Of a stretch of 64,000 nt of DNA, positions 28,499-38,002 are shown piece after piece. The position numbers were made by a program, and so were the translations under genes. This stretch comes from a virus. Lineage: Duplodnaviria > Heunggongvirae > Uroviricota > Caudoviricetes. A model generated the notes under the pieces. The model searched no databases. It saw only the letters and a program-made list of their open reading frames with translations, and was not told the DNA's origin. The DNA is taken from IMG/VR virus record IMGVR_UViG_3300033070_001123; one strand, written 5' to 3'. Numbering within the stretch: position 1 is the first letter of the stretch; every line of letters begins with the position of its first letter.

Positions 28499-29824
28499 TC
28501 AGCAAGAGCAAAGAATGTTGTTCAAAAAGATACCACAACTATCGTCGCACGTTATTGTAAATGTCTTTTCTACTGGAGTGTTTTCTATGCTACAAACTTT
28601 GATTCCTACAACAGAGGATTCAACAAGTTTTGATAGAGAAGATTGCTTACTCTTTTTCTTGATATACTTGTTCAAATCAGCAGCCATGTCGTGATTCATA
28701 ACAACATTATCCTGTTCAAAGAGAGCGAGCTTTTCGTATTTCTCAGCAGCCATCCCTACGTCTTTCTTGATATTTGAAAGAGACTTACCGAATTTATAAC
28801 CCAACAAATCAACAGCAGGAATGGGTCTGCTTGTAAGCTCTGTCATATAATCATCAACCTTCATAACAAGGGATTTGATTAGATAAGGTATGGAGCTAAA
28901 GAAAGTTTCGATATGACCGCTATCAATGATTATGTAAGAAGAATTAGACATGAAAGGCACTACGCCAATCGTAAGCAAACACTTGCAAAGTCTATCAGAA
29001 GAAACTTCGCTGCCACGATGAAGAGAAATACAAGGCTTAAGTTTTGCCTTATCAATAAAGCCGAAAGTGTTACTTGCATGAAAATATCCAGCAAGATAGT
29101 TCGCTATAATCTCTTCATTCTGAGATGCAACCTCTTTCAAGAAAGAGTCAATCAACATGGCAACAACCTTATTTTGAACCCTGACCAAATTCCAATTGAT
29201 CTCTGGTTCAACAAGGAAGTTTGAAGATATAAGATGTGCAAATATGTTATTTACAATCTTGTTAGGCGTGCTGAAAAGAATATCGCCAGTCTCAATATTA
29301 TAAGTTCCTTTACAATCAATAAGGCCAGCAGCAAATGCAAGTCCCATCAAAAAAGTGATGGACATAGAAGCGTCCGCCTCATGAAGCTTACCTCCAACCC
29401 TTTGCTTTATAAGCGAACCCTTCCTTTTCTTTGGAAAGACGTTTTCAATTTGAAAGTTATTCTCTCGAAAAGAGAGAAACTTCGGCATCAAAAGCAAATC
29501 GCCTGCGACAAGCTCACCAGCAGACGCCTTATTCAACTCTCCATTTTCATTAACATAAACCATGCAATCCTGCTGTAGTTCAAGAAAAGAACCACAGCTT
29601 TGTATCTTGGTCAATTTAGAAGGCTTCCCTTCAACGCAAGACTGAATTCGAACAATCTTTGATTGCCAAGTTTCCTGGTCAAAACCAATTACTTGTAAAC
29701 TGCCTTTTTCAAGAATGGTTGGTAACTCGGAAACTCGATAACTGTTCCCGTAAATATCATGCAGAAAAGACTTGCCGCCAATTCCCGCAATACTAGAGCT
29801 TATCTTGACTTGACCCTTCGACAT
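28499..29824 (-). CDS. Extein-less, degenerate intein-derived protein (Hint + LAGLIDADG-like + HTH-like)
   Basis: GIGGKSFLHDIYG..YRVSEL, QVIGFD, AGELVAGDLLLMP, FLMGLAFAAG, NYLAGYF, LLTIGV, IKVCSIE...KTFTITC...IFLNNILCSC-stop. Confidence 0.7.
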   Translation of the reverse strand: MSKGQVKISSSIAGIGGKSFLHDIYGNSYRVSELPTILEKGSLQVIGFDQETWQSKIVRIQSCVEGKPSKLTKIQSCGSFLELQQDCMVYVNENGELNKASAGELVAGDLLLMPKFLSFRENNFQIENVFPKKRKGSLIKQRVGGKLHEADASMSITFLMGLAFAAGLIDCKGTYNIETGDILFSTPNKIVNNIFAHLISSNFLVEPEINWNLVRVQNKVVAMLIDSFLKEVASQNEEIIANYLAGYFHASNTFGFIDKAKLKPCISLHRGSEVSSDRLCKCLLTIGVVPFMSNSSYIIIDSGHIETFFSSIPYLIKSLVMKVDDYMTELTSRPIPAVDLLGYKFGKSLSNIKKDVGMAAEKYEKLALFEQDNVVMNHDMAADLNKYIKKKSKQSSLSKLVESSVVGIKVCSIENTPVEKTFTITCDDSCGIFLNNILCSC

Positions 29825-30329
29825 GAACATGCTCTCTTAGTGGTTTGAGTATTACAAAAACTATGTTGTCTGTGACCTTTAATTCGTCCCATTTTGCGAC
29901 ATCGCCAAGGTCAGACACCGCCTTATTGAGAAGTTCTTTCGCATTTGCGATAAATGCTCTTTCTCTTCCCTTTAGCTCGATTCCAAACTTAACAAGACAC
30001 TTCTTTTCAAGCATGCCTCTAATCTTCGTCTTTTTCACTTGAATATCGTGTTCTCCCGTTTTCAAGTGAAACATCATCTCTTTTGTTTCAGTAGGCTTAC
30101 TGTTATGCTTTTTCTTTGAAGCTTCGAACTTAAGCTTGCCAAGATCTGCAAACTTACAAACAGGAATGCCCTTATCATTCTTTGAAACCTGAACAAGATC
30201 GAAACCTCGTTCCTTCGCTTGGGAGATTGCAAATCTCTTGTTAGTCTCTCCCTTGCTGACCCCGTTTTCGTCAATAACAATTACGGAGTAACCAAAAATC
30301 TCTTCATTCGCAAAAATCCTGCCAGTCAC
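29793..30329 (-). CDS. infC: Translation initiation factor IF3
   Basis: NEEI...VIDENG...A.ERGFDLVQVS...PVCK..DLGK..FE...KEM.F...GEHD.QVK...KGRE; GTG start 6 nt after AAGGAG. Confidence 0.9.
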   Translation of the reverse strand: MTGRIFANEEIFGYSVIVIDENGVSKGETNKRFAISQAKERGFDLVQVSKNDKGIPVCKFADLGKLKFEASKKKHNSKPTETKEMMFHLKTGEHDIQVKKTKIRGMLEKKCLVKFGIELKGRERAFIANAKELLNKAVSDLGDVAKWDELKVTDNIVFVILKPLREHVHVEGSSQDKL

Positions 30330-30339
30330 AATAAGCTCC

Positions 30340-31203
30340 TTAATCCTTCGAAACAAAAGATATCCCGTTTATCGCCAAACTCTTGAGTAATGCGTCCAAC
30401 TGTGGGTCATAATGCTTCTCTGCATACGGAGACATTTTCTTTGTTATGTCTTTGATTCGCTCAACAAATGCTGGTCCTGACTTTGTTGCGTCTTGATAAA
30501 AGCTCTGTATTACTTCTCTGCTTTCTTTAGGAGACAAACCCCTATTCGAGAGCAACCATGAAAAACAAACAACAATCCCATAGTTCATAAGAAATGCGAC
30601 ACCGCCAGAGTTGTAATACTCTTCAATCTTCGATAGATCAATTCTGTTTCCAAGCGCAACGCCTTGAACTTCCTTATGCTTATTGAGACTTACAAACTTC
30701 TGAGAAGCCCTACGAGAACAGAAGTCATACAAATCAAAAGCCTCAACATTTAGCTCCTCTTCAATAAACCATTCTATGTAGGTCTTTACTATTGAATTTG
30801 ACGGCGGAGCGGATAACCTTCTTTCAAGCTCCTCTTTGATCCGCTTTGTAAAACGAGCATGAATCGCAGGGCCAATTGTAACAGTAATTTTATCTCCGAG
30901 GCGCTTGTCTTTCTTTATACAGAGATAGCGAAGATAATTAAACATCGCCTTATCAGTCCAGAGATCTGGATGAATAGTATTAAAGCCCTTTGAAGTCTTT
31001 ATATCTTTCCATTTACAAACGCCAGTCTTCTGACCGCTAGTGTTCTTAGTAGTAGTTGGTCCGTCTACAATTTCAAGCTCGTCTTCTCCAATGATATCAA
31101 GAAGGCTATTCTTCTTCTTAGCTTTAGGACTAATCCCCTTACTGGCGTCCTTTTGACTTTGCGCAAGAATATCACCCATAAAGTCTTTTGTTTCTGTCTG
31201 CAT
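30340..31203 (-). CDS. Hypothetical protein
   Basis: ORF; likely start MQTETK at 31203 after a GAGG SD. Confidence 0.7.
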   Translation of the reverse strand: MQTETKDFMGDILAQSQKDASKGISPKAKKKNSLLDIIGEDELEIVDGPTTTKNTSGQKTGVCKWKDIKTSKGFNTIHPDLWTDKAMFNYLRYLCIKKDKRLGDKITVTIGPAIHARFTKRIKEELERRLSAPPSNSIVKTYIEWFIEEELNVEAFDLYDFCSRRASQKFVSLNKHKEVQGVALGNRIDLSKIEEYYNSGGVAFLMNYGIVVCFSWLLSNRGLSPKESREVIQSFYQDATKSGPAFVERIKDITKKMSPYAEKHYDPQLDALLKSLAINGISFVSKD

Positions 31204-31207
31204 TTTC

Positions 31208-32332
31208 TTACCTCTTTTGGGCATCGCTTTGACCAATAATCAAATATTCTACACCTGACGAGTTTTCGGCTGAACGATACTTGTAATCGTACTGCATTGT
31301 CTTAACTATTACATTCTTCCTAAACTCGCTTACCAACTCTTTAATCGTCTCAATTTTGGCCCAGCTACTATCATTGTAACTAATTGCCAAAGTTGCATTT
31401 GAATCCAAACTATCTAGTAACCTTCGGAAATGATCCTCATAAGTTTTAGCTTTTGAAAAAGACTTCGAAGCAACCTTTAGGTATTCGATATCTTCGAAAG
31501 ATTTCCTAGCTAAGTATTCCTCTAAAAACTGGTACATAAAAGCGTAATCGCTTTGTTGTCCACCATATGGAGGATCAATGTAAATTAGATCAAAACTACG
31601 ACCGCTACCAACCGAGTTACAAAAATCAAAGACATCATTGTTGAAGAACATCGACGGAGGCCCTTCGCAAGGAAAATAGAAAGGCTTCATTGTCTTAAAG
31701 TTCATTTCACTGTTATCGTTTCTCTGATGCTGTAAACGATGTTCAAGAGACGCAATAATCTGCCCGCTATTAAGCCTACCGCCTACAAAACAATGAGACA
31801 TAATAAACTGCATCATTGTCGAATGAGCAATACAGGCTCTAACATGGTCATTTGCAAAGCACTCTTCTACGTTTGCGAAGTAATTGTCAATAAAGACGGC
31901 TTCCGCATTAGTCAAACGAGAACCTGCGTGAGTCTTTTCCATAAAGGAATCAGACTTCGAATTCTTATTAGATACTAGAAATTCCCAATCTTCGTCGGGA
32001 ATCCTGCTATTCCAGCCCTGCGTCAAAGAAACACCATTCATATAAGAAGAACGAAGCAACTCATTCGAGTAAACTTCTTTACCAAACTTCTTAAAGAACG
32101 CTCCAACGACAGCAGAACCAGCAAACAAATCAAGTACCGAGCTAAAAGAATCAAAAGAAACTTCGCTATTTAGCTCAATAGCAATATCTGCCAGAATTTT
32201 GCGTTTGTTACCGACGTATGGATTGCTCAAACTATTGAAATCAGCTTGAGTATTCAAAGCCTTTTCAACAAAAAGCTCTTCTTTGGTTTCGGCAAACAAG
32301 TTACCAAACTGTTCTCGATTTTTACGAGCCAT
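31208..32332 (-). CDS. D12-class (FokI/Dam-like) N6-adenine DNA methyltransferase
   Basis: PYVGNKRKIL, VLDLFAGSAVVG, IYIDPPY, ISYN. Confidence 0.88.
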   Translation of the reverse strand: MARKNREQFGNLFAETKEELFVEKALNTQADFNSLSNPYVGNKRKILADIAIELNSEVSFDSFSSVLDLFAGSAVVGAFFKKFGKEVYSNELLRSSYMNGVSLTQGWNSRIPDEDWEFLVSNKNSKSDSFMEKTHAGSRLTNAEAVFIDNYFANVEECFANDHVRACIAHSTMMQFIMSHCFVGGRLNSGQIIASLEHRLQHQRNDNSEMNFKTMKPFYFPCEGPPSMFFNNDVFDFCNSVGSGRSFDLIYIDPPYGGQQSDYAFMYQFLEEYLARKSFEDIEYLKVASKSFSKAKTYEDHFRRLLDSLDSNATLAISYNDSSWAKIETIKELVSEFRKNVIVKTMQYDYKYRSAENSSGVEYLIIGQSDAQKR

Positions 32333-35254
32333 TTAGGTTGTACCCTTGAAATCTTTGATTACGAATTCTGGTTCAGTTTCGTAGATTCTTCGACGCGCTC
32401 TACTATGGGCAAGCATGTACTTCATATTATCGTGAAAATCGACAATGTAAGCATCCTTTTTCACGAAGCCAGAAGCAGGATCTTCAAAAGTTCTGATTAC
32501 ACGCCCAATTCTTTGCAAAGCTCTGGTTTGAGATTTTCCAGAACCCGCAAGAATAAGACCATCAAGAGGCTTAACGTCAACGCCTTCGTCAAAGATTGAT
32601 GTGGCAATAGTAACAGGAACCTTTTTTAGTCTCATATCATCAATATGAGTTTGACGAACTTTATGACCCTTACTACCATGAACAAAGAAACTATCAGGAA
32701 TCATTGACTCCAAAAGCTCGCCATGCTCAATGTGGCGAACAAGAATCAAGACATGCCTGCCCTCTTTGACCATGTTCTGCGCAATATTACCAATCAGTAG
32801 GTTACGCTCTTCATTCTGAACAATGCCTTCTTTATAGGCTGTTGCATAGTTGATATCTTCGTCCATAGACTTTCGAGTATGAACAAAGTAAATAGTTGGC
32901 TTGACTAAGATTCCCTTACGAATAAGGAACGACGCATTAATCTCATGAATAAGCTTACCAAAACAAGAATCAATGAGCAAATCGTCGCCCATATCTCGCC
33001 AAGGTGTCGCCGAGAGTCCAAAACGGAATCTAGCATTAACAGAATGGTCAGCCAAGATCTGACAGGTTTCAGCAGCCCAGTGCTGAACTTCGTCGCAAAT
33101 GATTCCCTTCGCATTATGAATGAGAGACGCTATTGCTTCTCTCTTCTGCTGAAGCTCTTCCGAAATGTCTTCTACTTCGTCTTCCTCGTCAAACTTATGG
33201 TACTTTTCCCCGACCGCTCTAATAGCCGTTTGAACAGTAAGAACATTTACGTCTTTGATATCAAACTTACCACCACCAATACTACCAACCTTGAGCGAAC
33301 TTCCATTTTGGAGCAAGAACTTTTCTAGTTCGTCTTTTGCCTGTCTAAGCAAATCATTGGAAGTTACATAGAAGATAAAAGGAGCAGCGCTTAGTTTTTG
33401 GATAATACCAGCGCCAATAGCTGTATTATGATTTATAAAACCTTGAGCAACAAAACTATGAGTTTTAGGAACAACAAAATCATAATTATCAGTCCAATCA
33501 TCTTCTATTGATTCAATTTTATCATAAAAGAAATCTTCTCTACAAATATATTCAAAATATTCACAAAGTTTTATCGCTTCTTCTGCATACTTAAATATTG
33601 CATGATCTTTTTCATATTGATATTGTCTTTGAGGTGTTTCTTTTTTAACATATTGAATATATTTCATCAAAGAAGAACGAGAAGGAGACCTCCAGGACTT
33701 AGGCTGACTCCAGCTTCTTAATGTGGAATAAGTAACATCTTTGCAAAAAGACTCCATATGATCTCGAACATTTCTATATCCAATTATTTTAGCAAATAAC
33801 CACCTAAGACGAGCTATTTTTTCTTGCTGATTGGGAATAAGATCTGAATTTGAATTTTGTTCGATATCCTCACATTCTTTCATTATTTTCTGTAATTTTT
33901 GATACTTATGACCATTAGGATCAAATCCTATTTCTCTCATAAATACTGGTATATAATCTCTATATATGGTTAAAATATGAGAATCAGCATGGGTTGTCTT
34001 TTTTACTCTACGATGAGCAACAATACCATAATTCAAAAGCATAACGTGTAGTTGATCAATAAATTTCTTTGATGAAAAAGCTATACAAAGAGTTGGTTTT
34101 GATTTTTCATAACAACACCATCCATCTGTCTCAAAAAGACCTCTAATAAACATTGACATGGACTCTTTAGTGGATTGCCTAATACCTATTGATATTTCCT
34201 TATTTGTAGCATGTGAAGGTAAAATCTTCATATCATTTTTTAGTTTATCAATAAATGTTTTTGAATATATTCTCAAGTCTCTACATATTGTTGATGAATA
34301 AGATTGTTTATTTTTATAGCCTATATTTTTTTCAGATATAAATTTATCAACAAAATCAATTATGTGCTTATCTGAATTGCTTATTTGCAAATAATTCCAT
34401 TCACAAACTTTTGGAGTAAAACAACCATCACCGTATAATATTCCCAAAAAATATGCTTCTTTATTATCAATCTTTTTTGAACCAAATAATTTATTGCCCT
34501 TAACAAGTGCGACATAATCGCTATTGGCTAAATCAGAAACTTTTTTCCATTGTATACCGTCTTTTGTTAAGACTTTAATTTGATGATTATAAGTAGAAGA
34601 TGATTCAAAGCCTTTTACTGTTTTGTATTTTCTAGTAAAACCCCAACCATCTCGGTATATATGTGATGTTTTTTCCCTGCTATTCTCAACTAAGGGAGAA
34701 GAAACCAAAATTGATTTATTCTTATATTCACCTTCTTGCAAACCAAAACCTAATTCTCCAAAAGTTAATAAACCATCTTCTGTAAAACACAAATCGCTTT
34801 CACGGCTGCACTTTCCGCCTCCAGTAGCAACTTTAATAATGCCTCGTTGTTGATTGACGGCTTTATCAATAACCTCTTGCTGATAGTCTCTAACTTGAAA
34901 AGAAGGGCTAGGGGTTAAAACGATATTGTTTGTCTTTGCTTCTGTTCGCTCGTCAACAGTTGTAACATCAACGCCATAAGCTCTAAAAAACTCAAGCGCT
35001 CTGCTATACAAACCTGTTGGAAAATGAACGCCGTCTTTCTTGAGAGAACACTTGCAGTATGTCTTATTGAAACATACCGTCGTAACATATCCGTCCCAGT
35101 TTTTAGCGTTCTTGCCTCGCCAAATTGCGTTAGGGTCTTTATAACCAAGAGTCTTCTTAAACTCCTGATAAAGCTCTTTGGTCATTTTGCCAACGACAAA
35201 CGTTGAAGAGTCCTGGACTCTTAGCGTAATATACGATCCAATTGATGAACTCAT
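32333..35254 (-). CDS. SF2 (UvsW/XPB-like) DNA helicase containing an intein
   Basis: RDYQQE, ATGGGK/T, CDEVQH, GLSATPWR, IFDEGVDV, QRIGRVIR. Confidence 0.92.
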   Translation of the reverse strand: MSSSIGSYITLRVQDSSTFVVGKMTKELYQEFKKTLGYKDPNAIWRGKNAKNWDGYVTTVCFNKTYCKCSLKKDGVHFPTGLYSRALEFFRAYGVDVTTVDERTEAKTNNIVLTPSPSFQVRDYQQEVIDKAVNQQRGIIKVATGGGKCSRESDLCFTEDGLLTFGELGFGLQEGEYKNKSILVSSPLVENSREKTSHIYRDGWGFTRKYKTVKGFESSSTYNHQIKVLTKDGIQWKKVSDLANSDYVALVKGNKLFGSKKIDNKEAYFLGILYGDGCFTPKVCEWNYLQISNSDKHIIDFVDKFISEKNIGYKNKQSYSSTICRDLRIYSKTFIDKLKNDMKILPSHATNKEISIGIRQSTKESMSMFIRGLFETDGWCCYEKSKPTLCIAFSSKKFIDQLHVMLLNYGIVAHRRVKKTTHADSHILTIYRDYIPVFMREIGFDPNGHKYQKLQKIMKECEDIEQNSNSDLIPNQQEKIARLRWLFAKIIGYRNVRDHMESFCKDVTYSTLRSWSQPKSWRSPSRSSLMKYIQYVKKETPQRQYQYEKDHAIFKYAEEAIKLCEYFEYICREDFFYDKIESIEDDWTDNYDFVVPKTHSFVAQGFINHNTAIGAGIIQKLSAAPFIFYVTSNDLLRQAKDELEKFLLQNGSSLKVGSIGGGKFDIKDVNVLTVQTAIRAVGEKYHKFDEEDEVEDISEELQQKREAIASLIHNAKGIICDEVQHWAAETCQILADHSVNARFRFGLSATPWRDMGDDLLIDSCFGKLIHEINASFLIRKGILVKPTIYFVHTRKSMDEDINYATAYKEGIVQNEERNLLIGNIAQNMVKEGRHVLILVRHIEHGELLESMIPDSFFVHGSKGHKVRQTHIDDMRLKKVPVTIATSIFDEGVDVKPLDGLILAGSGKSQTRALQRIGRVIRTFEDPASGFVKKDAYIVDFHDNMKYMLAHSRARRRIYETEPEFVIKDFKGTT
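33425..34810 (-). mobile_element. Intein (462 aa) with LAGLIDADG endonuclease, in the SF2 helicase Walker A motif
   Basis: GGGK|CSRESD...STYNH...YFLGILYGDG...FIRGLFETDG...HSFVAQGFINHN|T; visibly AT-rich. Confidence 0.95.
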
Positions 35255-35475
35255 AACATTCCTGATTCGTTCGGTTTTGCGTCAGGCGTATCTACGCCAA
35301 GTTGGTAAATCTTACTCGAAGGAAGTCTGTTCTTTCTCTTCAACTTATCTTCGATACGGTCAGGCTTGTCAAAAAGAGACGATTGCCCAGAATCATTCTC
35401 TCCCGGGAAGGAACCTGGCTGCCTCTTAAAATCTGACGACAGCTTTTGAAAGCTATTTGTTTGGATTACTTTCAA
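35251..35475 (-). CDS. Small hypothetical protein
   Basis: 74-aa ORF overlapping both neighbours. Confidence 0.55.
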   Translation of the reverse strand: MKVIQTNSFQKLSSDFKRQPGSFPGENDSGQSSLFDKPDRIEDKLKRKNRLPSSKIYQLGVDTPDAKPNESGML

Positions 35476-35704
35476 CGTTGCTACCTTTCGCCATCAAATA
35501 CTGCAATCGCTCTCCTGCGACTACCCAAAGGTTATTGATACTCTCTTTCGTTCCTGTAATCCTATAGAAAGCGTCAATAAAATGGCCGTTCCTCATTAAG
35601 GGCAAAGTGTTCTCAAGATTTGAGTTTTGCTTCTGCATAGTAGCTACAACCTTCTTAAGGAACTCTATCTCTGACAAATCATTGTAATTCATCTCTTCTG
35701 GCAT
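35453..35704 (-). CDS. Small hypothetical protein
   Basis: 83-aa ORF with GGAG SD. Confidence 0.6.
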   Translation of the reverse strand: MPEEMNYNDLSEIEFLKKVVATMQKQNSNLENTLPLMRNGHFIDAFYRITGTKESINNLWVVAGERLQYLMAKGSNVESNPNK

Positions 35705-35716
35705 ATTTCTTCTCCA

Positions 35717-36772
35717 TTACCAAACTCTAGTCTTTGACAAAAGCTGTTGCAGCGTCAAGTTGGGAGACGTAACAAGTTCCTTACTTTGCACTCTAAGCAA
35801 AAGCTCAAAAGGAAGTTCGGACATTCCTCTCGCTCTTCTTTCGGATTCCACCTTCTCCCAGAGATCTTTGCTGAAATCTTTCAAGGTTTCTGTAGTTGAC
35901 CAATCTGGCCCTCTTACAGAATCGATCATTTTCTCGGTCAAACCCAAGAACCACCAGTTACCTGCATATGGATTAGCCGCCGACGAAGATTGCGCAGTCT
36001 TCAGGTTGTCCATTTTTCTTAAACCAAGCGAAGCCTCTTCCAAGTCCTTTGATTGACAAATAAGAGACAAAACTGCCAAGAAATTTGCGATTTCTTCGTC
36101 TTCTCCAAAAGCAAGACCCAAGAAATCTGTTATTCGCTCTCTCATAAAGAAGTTCGAAAACATTTCTCGAATCAAAGCTTCAGTAGAATCTCCTGGTTTC
36201 ATCATAATTCGCAAAGCTTCAACCAATAAGAAAGCAGAACGAACCGAGTTCTTCTCTATATCAAGATTGACAAACAAATAAGGTTCGCCATTATTATCAG
36301 CCTGAACAACTACATCTAGCTCTTGCGATTTCTTGGCGACAATTCTTATGTTTTGTAACTTCAATCCTTTATATGGACAGAAGACGTTCTTTATTAGCAT
36401 CCAAACAGCGTGAAACTGATCAAGCTTCATGCTAATTACTTCATTATCGTCGTCCTCATGAGATTTCCCATATTGGGTTTTGAAATCTGCAAGCATTGAA
36501 ATGAAGTATCGCATTAGAGTATAACGAGCGTCCATATTTCCTATATTTCTACCAGAAACTGAACCAAGAGCGTTTATGTAGACCGAATATATAGATGCCA
36601 TAGTGTCCAAGACAGACTTACCTTTAGGAAGAACAATTTGTCCGTCCCTCAAAGAGGGAGAATCAACTTCTTCAAAAACAACAGGCAAATCAACAAAATC
36701 ACAGTCAAGCCTCTTGCATAAAATCTGCAAGGCCTTAGTTACAAGCAAATAATTACTGATTCTTAGTGCCAT
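35717..36772 (-). CDS. Hypothetical protein
   Basis: 351-aa ORF. Confidence 0.75.
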   Translation of the reverse strand: MALRISNYLLVTKALQILCKRLDCDFVDLPVVFEEVDSPSLRDGQIVLPKGKSVLDTMASIYSVYINALGSVSGRNIGNMDARYTLMRYFISMLADFKTQYGKSHEDDDNEVISMKLDQFHAVWMLIKNVFCPYKGLKLQNIRIVAKKSQELDVVVQADNNGEPYLFVNLDIEKNSVRSAFLLVEALRIMMKPGDSTEALIREMFSNFFMRERITDFLGLAFGEDEEIANFLAVLSLICQSKDLEEASLGLRKMDNLKTAQSSSAANPYAGNWWFLGLTEKMIDSVRGPDWSTTETLKDFSKDLWEKVESERRARGMSELPFELLLRVQSKELVTSPNLTLQQLLSKTRVW

Positions 36773-36778
36773 GTCTAT

Positions 36779-36806
36779 ATATTCGAACTTTTATGACAAA
36801 TCCCTT
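36779..36806 (-). promoter_or_regulatory. Alternative-sigma (sigmaH-like) promoter, likely giving a leaderless transcript
   Basis: AAGGGATT-N11-TTCGAATAT; ATG 7 nt after CGAATA; no SD. Confidence 0.5.
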
Positions 36807-38002
36807 CACGATCTATCATGCTGGAGGTTGATATTGTAAGTCCAAGTTATACCTCTCTTAGGATGAATTCCAAAGAGTTTTTGCTCTGGCTTATTGCCTG
36901 GCATGTTATTGCTCAAAGAATAAACATCAGAACCGACAAAAGAACCGTTCATAAGAGCTTTACCGCCATGCGTAGTAAACTCAGAACAGTTATGAAAATG
37001 TCCGCAAAGAGTATAATCGGGATTAACTCCAATCATGGCTCCCATCTTCCTCTCAACTTCCAACAGAGAAGTAACAGGAGGGTTTTTGGCCTTTACGTCG
37101 TCGCCATGCATCATTAGAAACTTATGGTTTTGAATAGACTTCAACATCCACCAGCTTTTCGTTGTATGGAACTTTATCCTAGGTTCATCCTTGAACTCTT
37201 TCTGTATAAGCTCATAGCATAGCAAATCAAAGTTGTTATACTTTTTCTCTGCACCGTTTGGGGCTATTCGTCCATGATTTCCGTATATAGCATAGAACTC
37301 AACTTCCTCAAATAGAGTTAGCATGTAATAGAGGAAATCAGATATAGCCTTTTCACCAATCATAATTTGGTCAAATATTGGAGAATCAATCCAAACGTGA
37401 GACCAAGCACCTGCTGTATTTGCTCCCTCGACAATATCTCCTAGAGAGAAAACATGAAGCTTCTTAATAGGATATAGATTTGAATGAAGCTCATGAATGT
37501 CAGTAATGGCGAGCTTCAAGTTTTCAAGTCTTTGCAAGAAAATGTCTATGTTATACTCAGATAAGCCGCCAGTTTCCTCAGCCGTATGCTCATGACCTAT
37601 ATGCAGATCACTCAAGATAAGACCAATATCTTCTGGCGTTCTATCAGTCTTTGGCATTTTCGTATAAACGGGAGGCGGCGCAGGAGGCAACCTTCTCATC
37701 GCATTATACAACTTGTCTGCTATGATATCAGCCTGAAGCCTATACTTCTCAAGATTCTTCTTGACGCTAATATCTCTATTCACCAAACCTTGTTCTATTT
37801 CGGCATTCCTCTTCTCTTCAAGTTCAGGCTCATAAAAGTCATAACTTGTCCAGTCGGTATCTTTGTTGTACTTTGTTTCAAGAGCCTTTGGCGTGCGATT
37901 TAGCATCGCAGATAAAACCTTGTATGGAGTACCTTTCATTCTTTCCGTATAAAGAATTTTCAGGTCTTCTTCAGTCCATTTTCTAGCTTCAAAGTTTGAC
38001 AT
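36806..38002 (-). CDS. Calcineurin-like metallophosphoesterase/nuclease with N-terminal HTH-like region
   Basis: SDLHIG, LGDIVEG, GNHGR, MHGD, GHFH, NGSFVG. Confidence 0.85.
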   Translation of the reverse strand: MSNFEARKWTEEDLKILYTERMKGTPYKVLSAMLNRTPKALETKYNKDTDWTSYDFYEPELEEKRNAEIEQGLVNRDISVKKNLEKYRLQADIIADKLYNAMRRLPPAPPPVYTKMPKTDRTPEDIGLILSDLHIGHEHTAEETGGLSEYNIDIFLQRLENLKLAITDIHELHSNLYPIKKLHVFSLGDIVEGANTAGAWSHVWIDSPIFDQIMIGEKAISDFLYYMLTLFEEVEFYAIYGNHGRIAPNGAEKKYNNFDLLCYELIQKEFKDEPRIKFHTTKSWWMLKSIQNHKFLMMHGDDVKAKNPPVTSLLEVERKMGAMIGVNPDYTLCGHFHNCSEFTTHGGKALMNGSFVGSDVYSLSNNMPGNKPEQKLFGIHPKRGITWTYNINLQHDRS

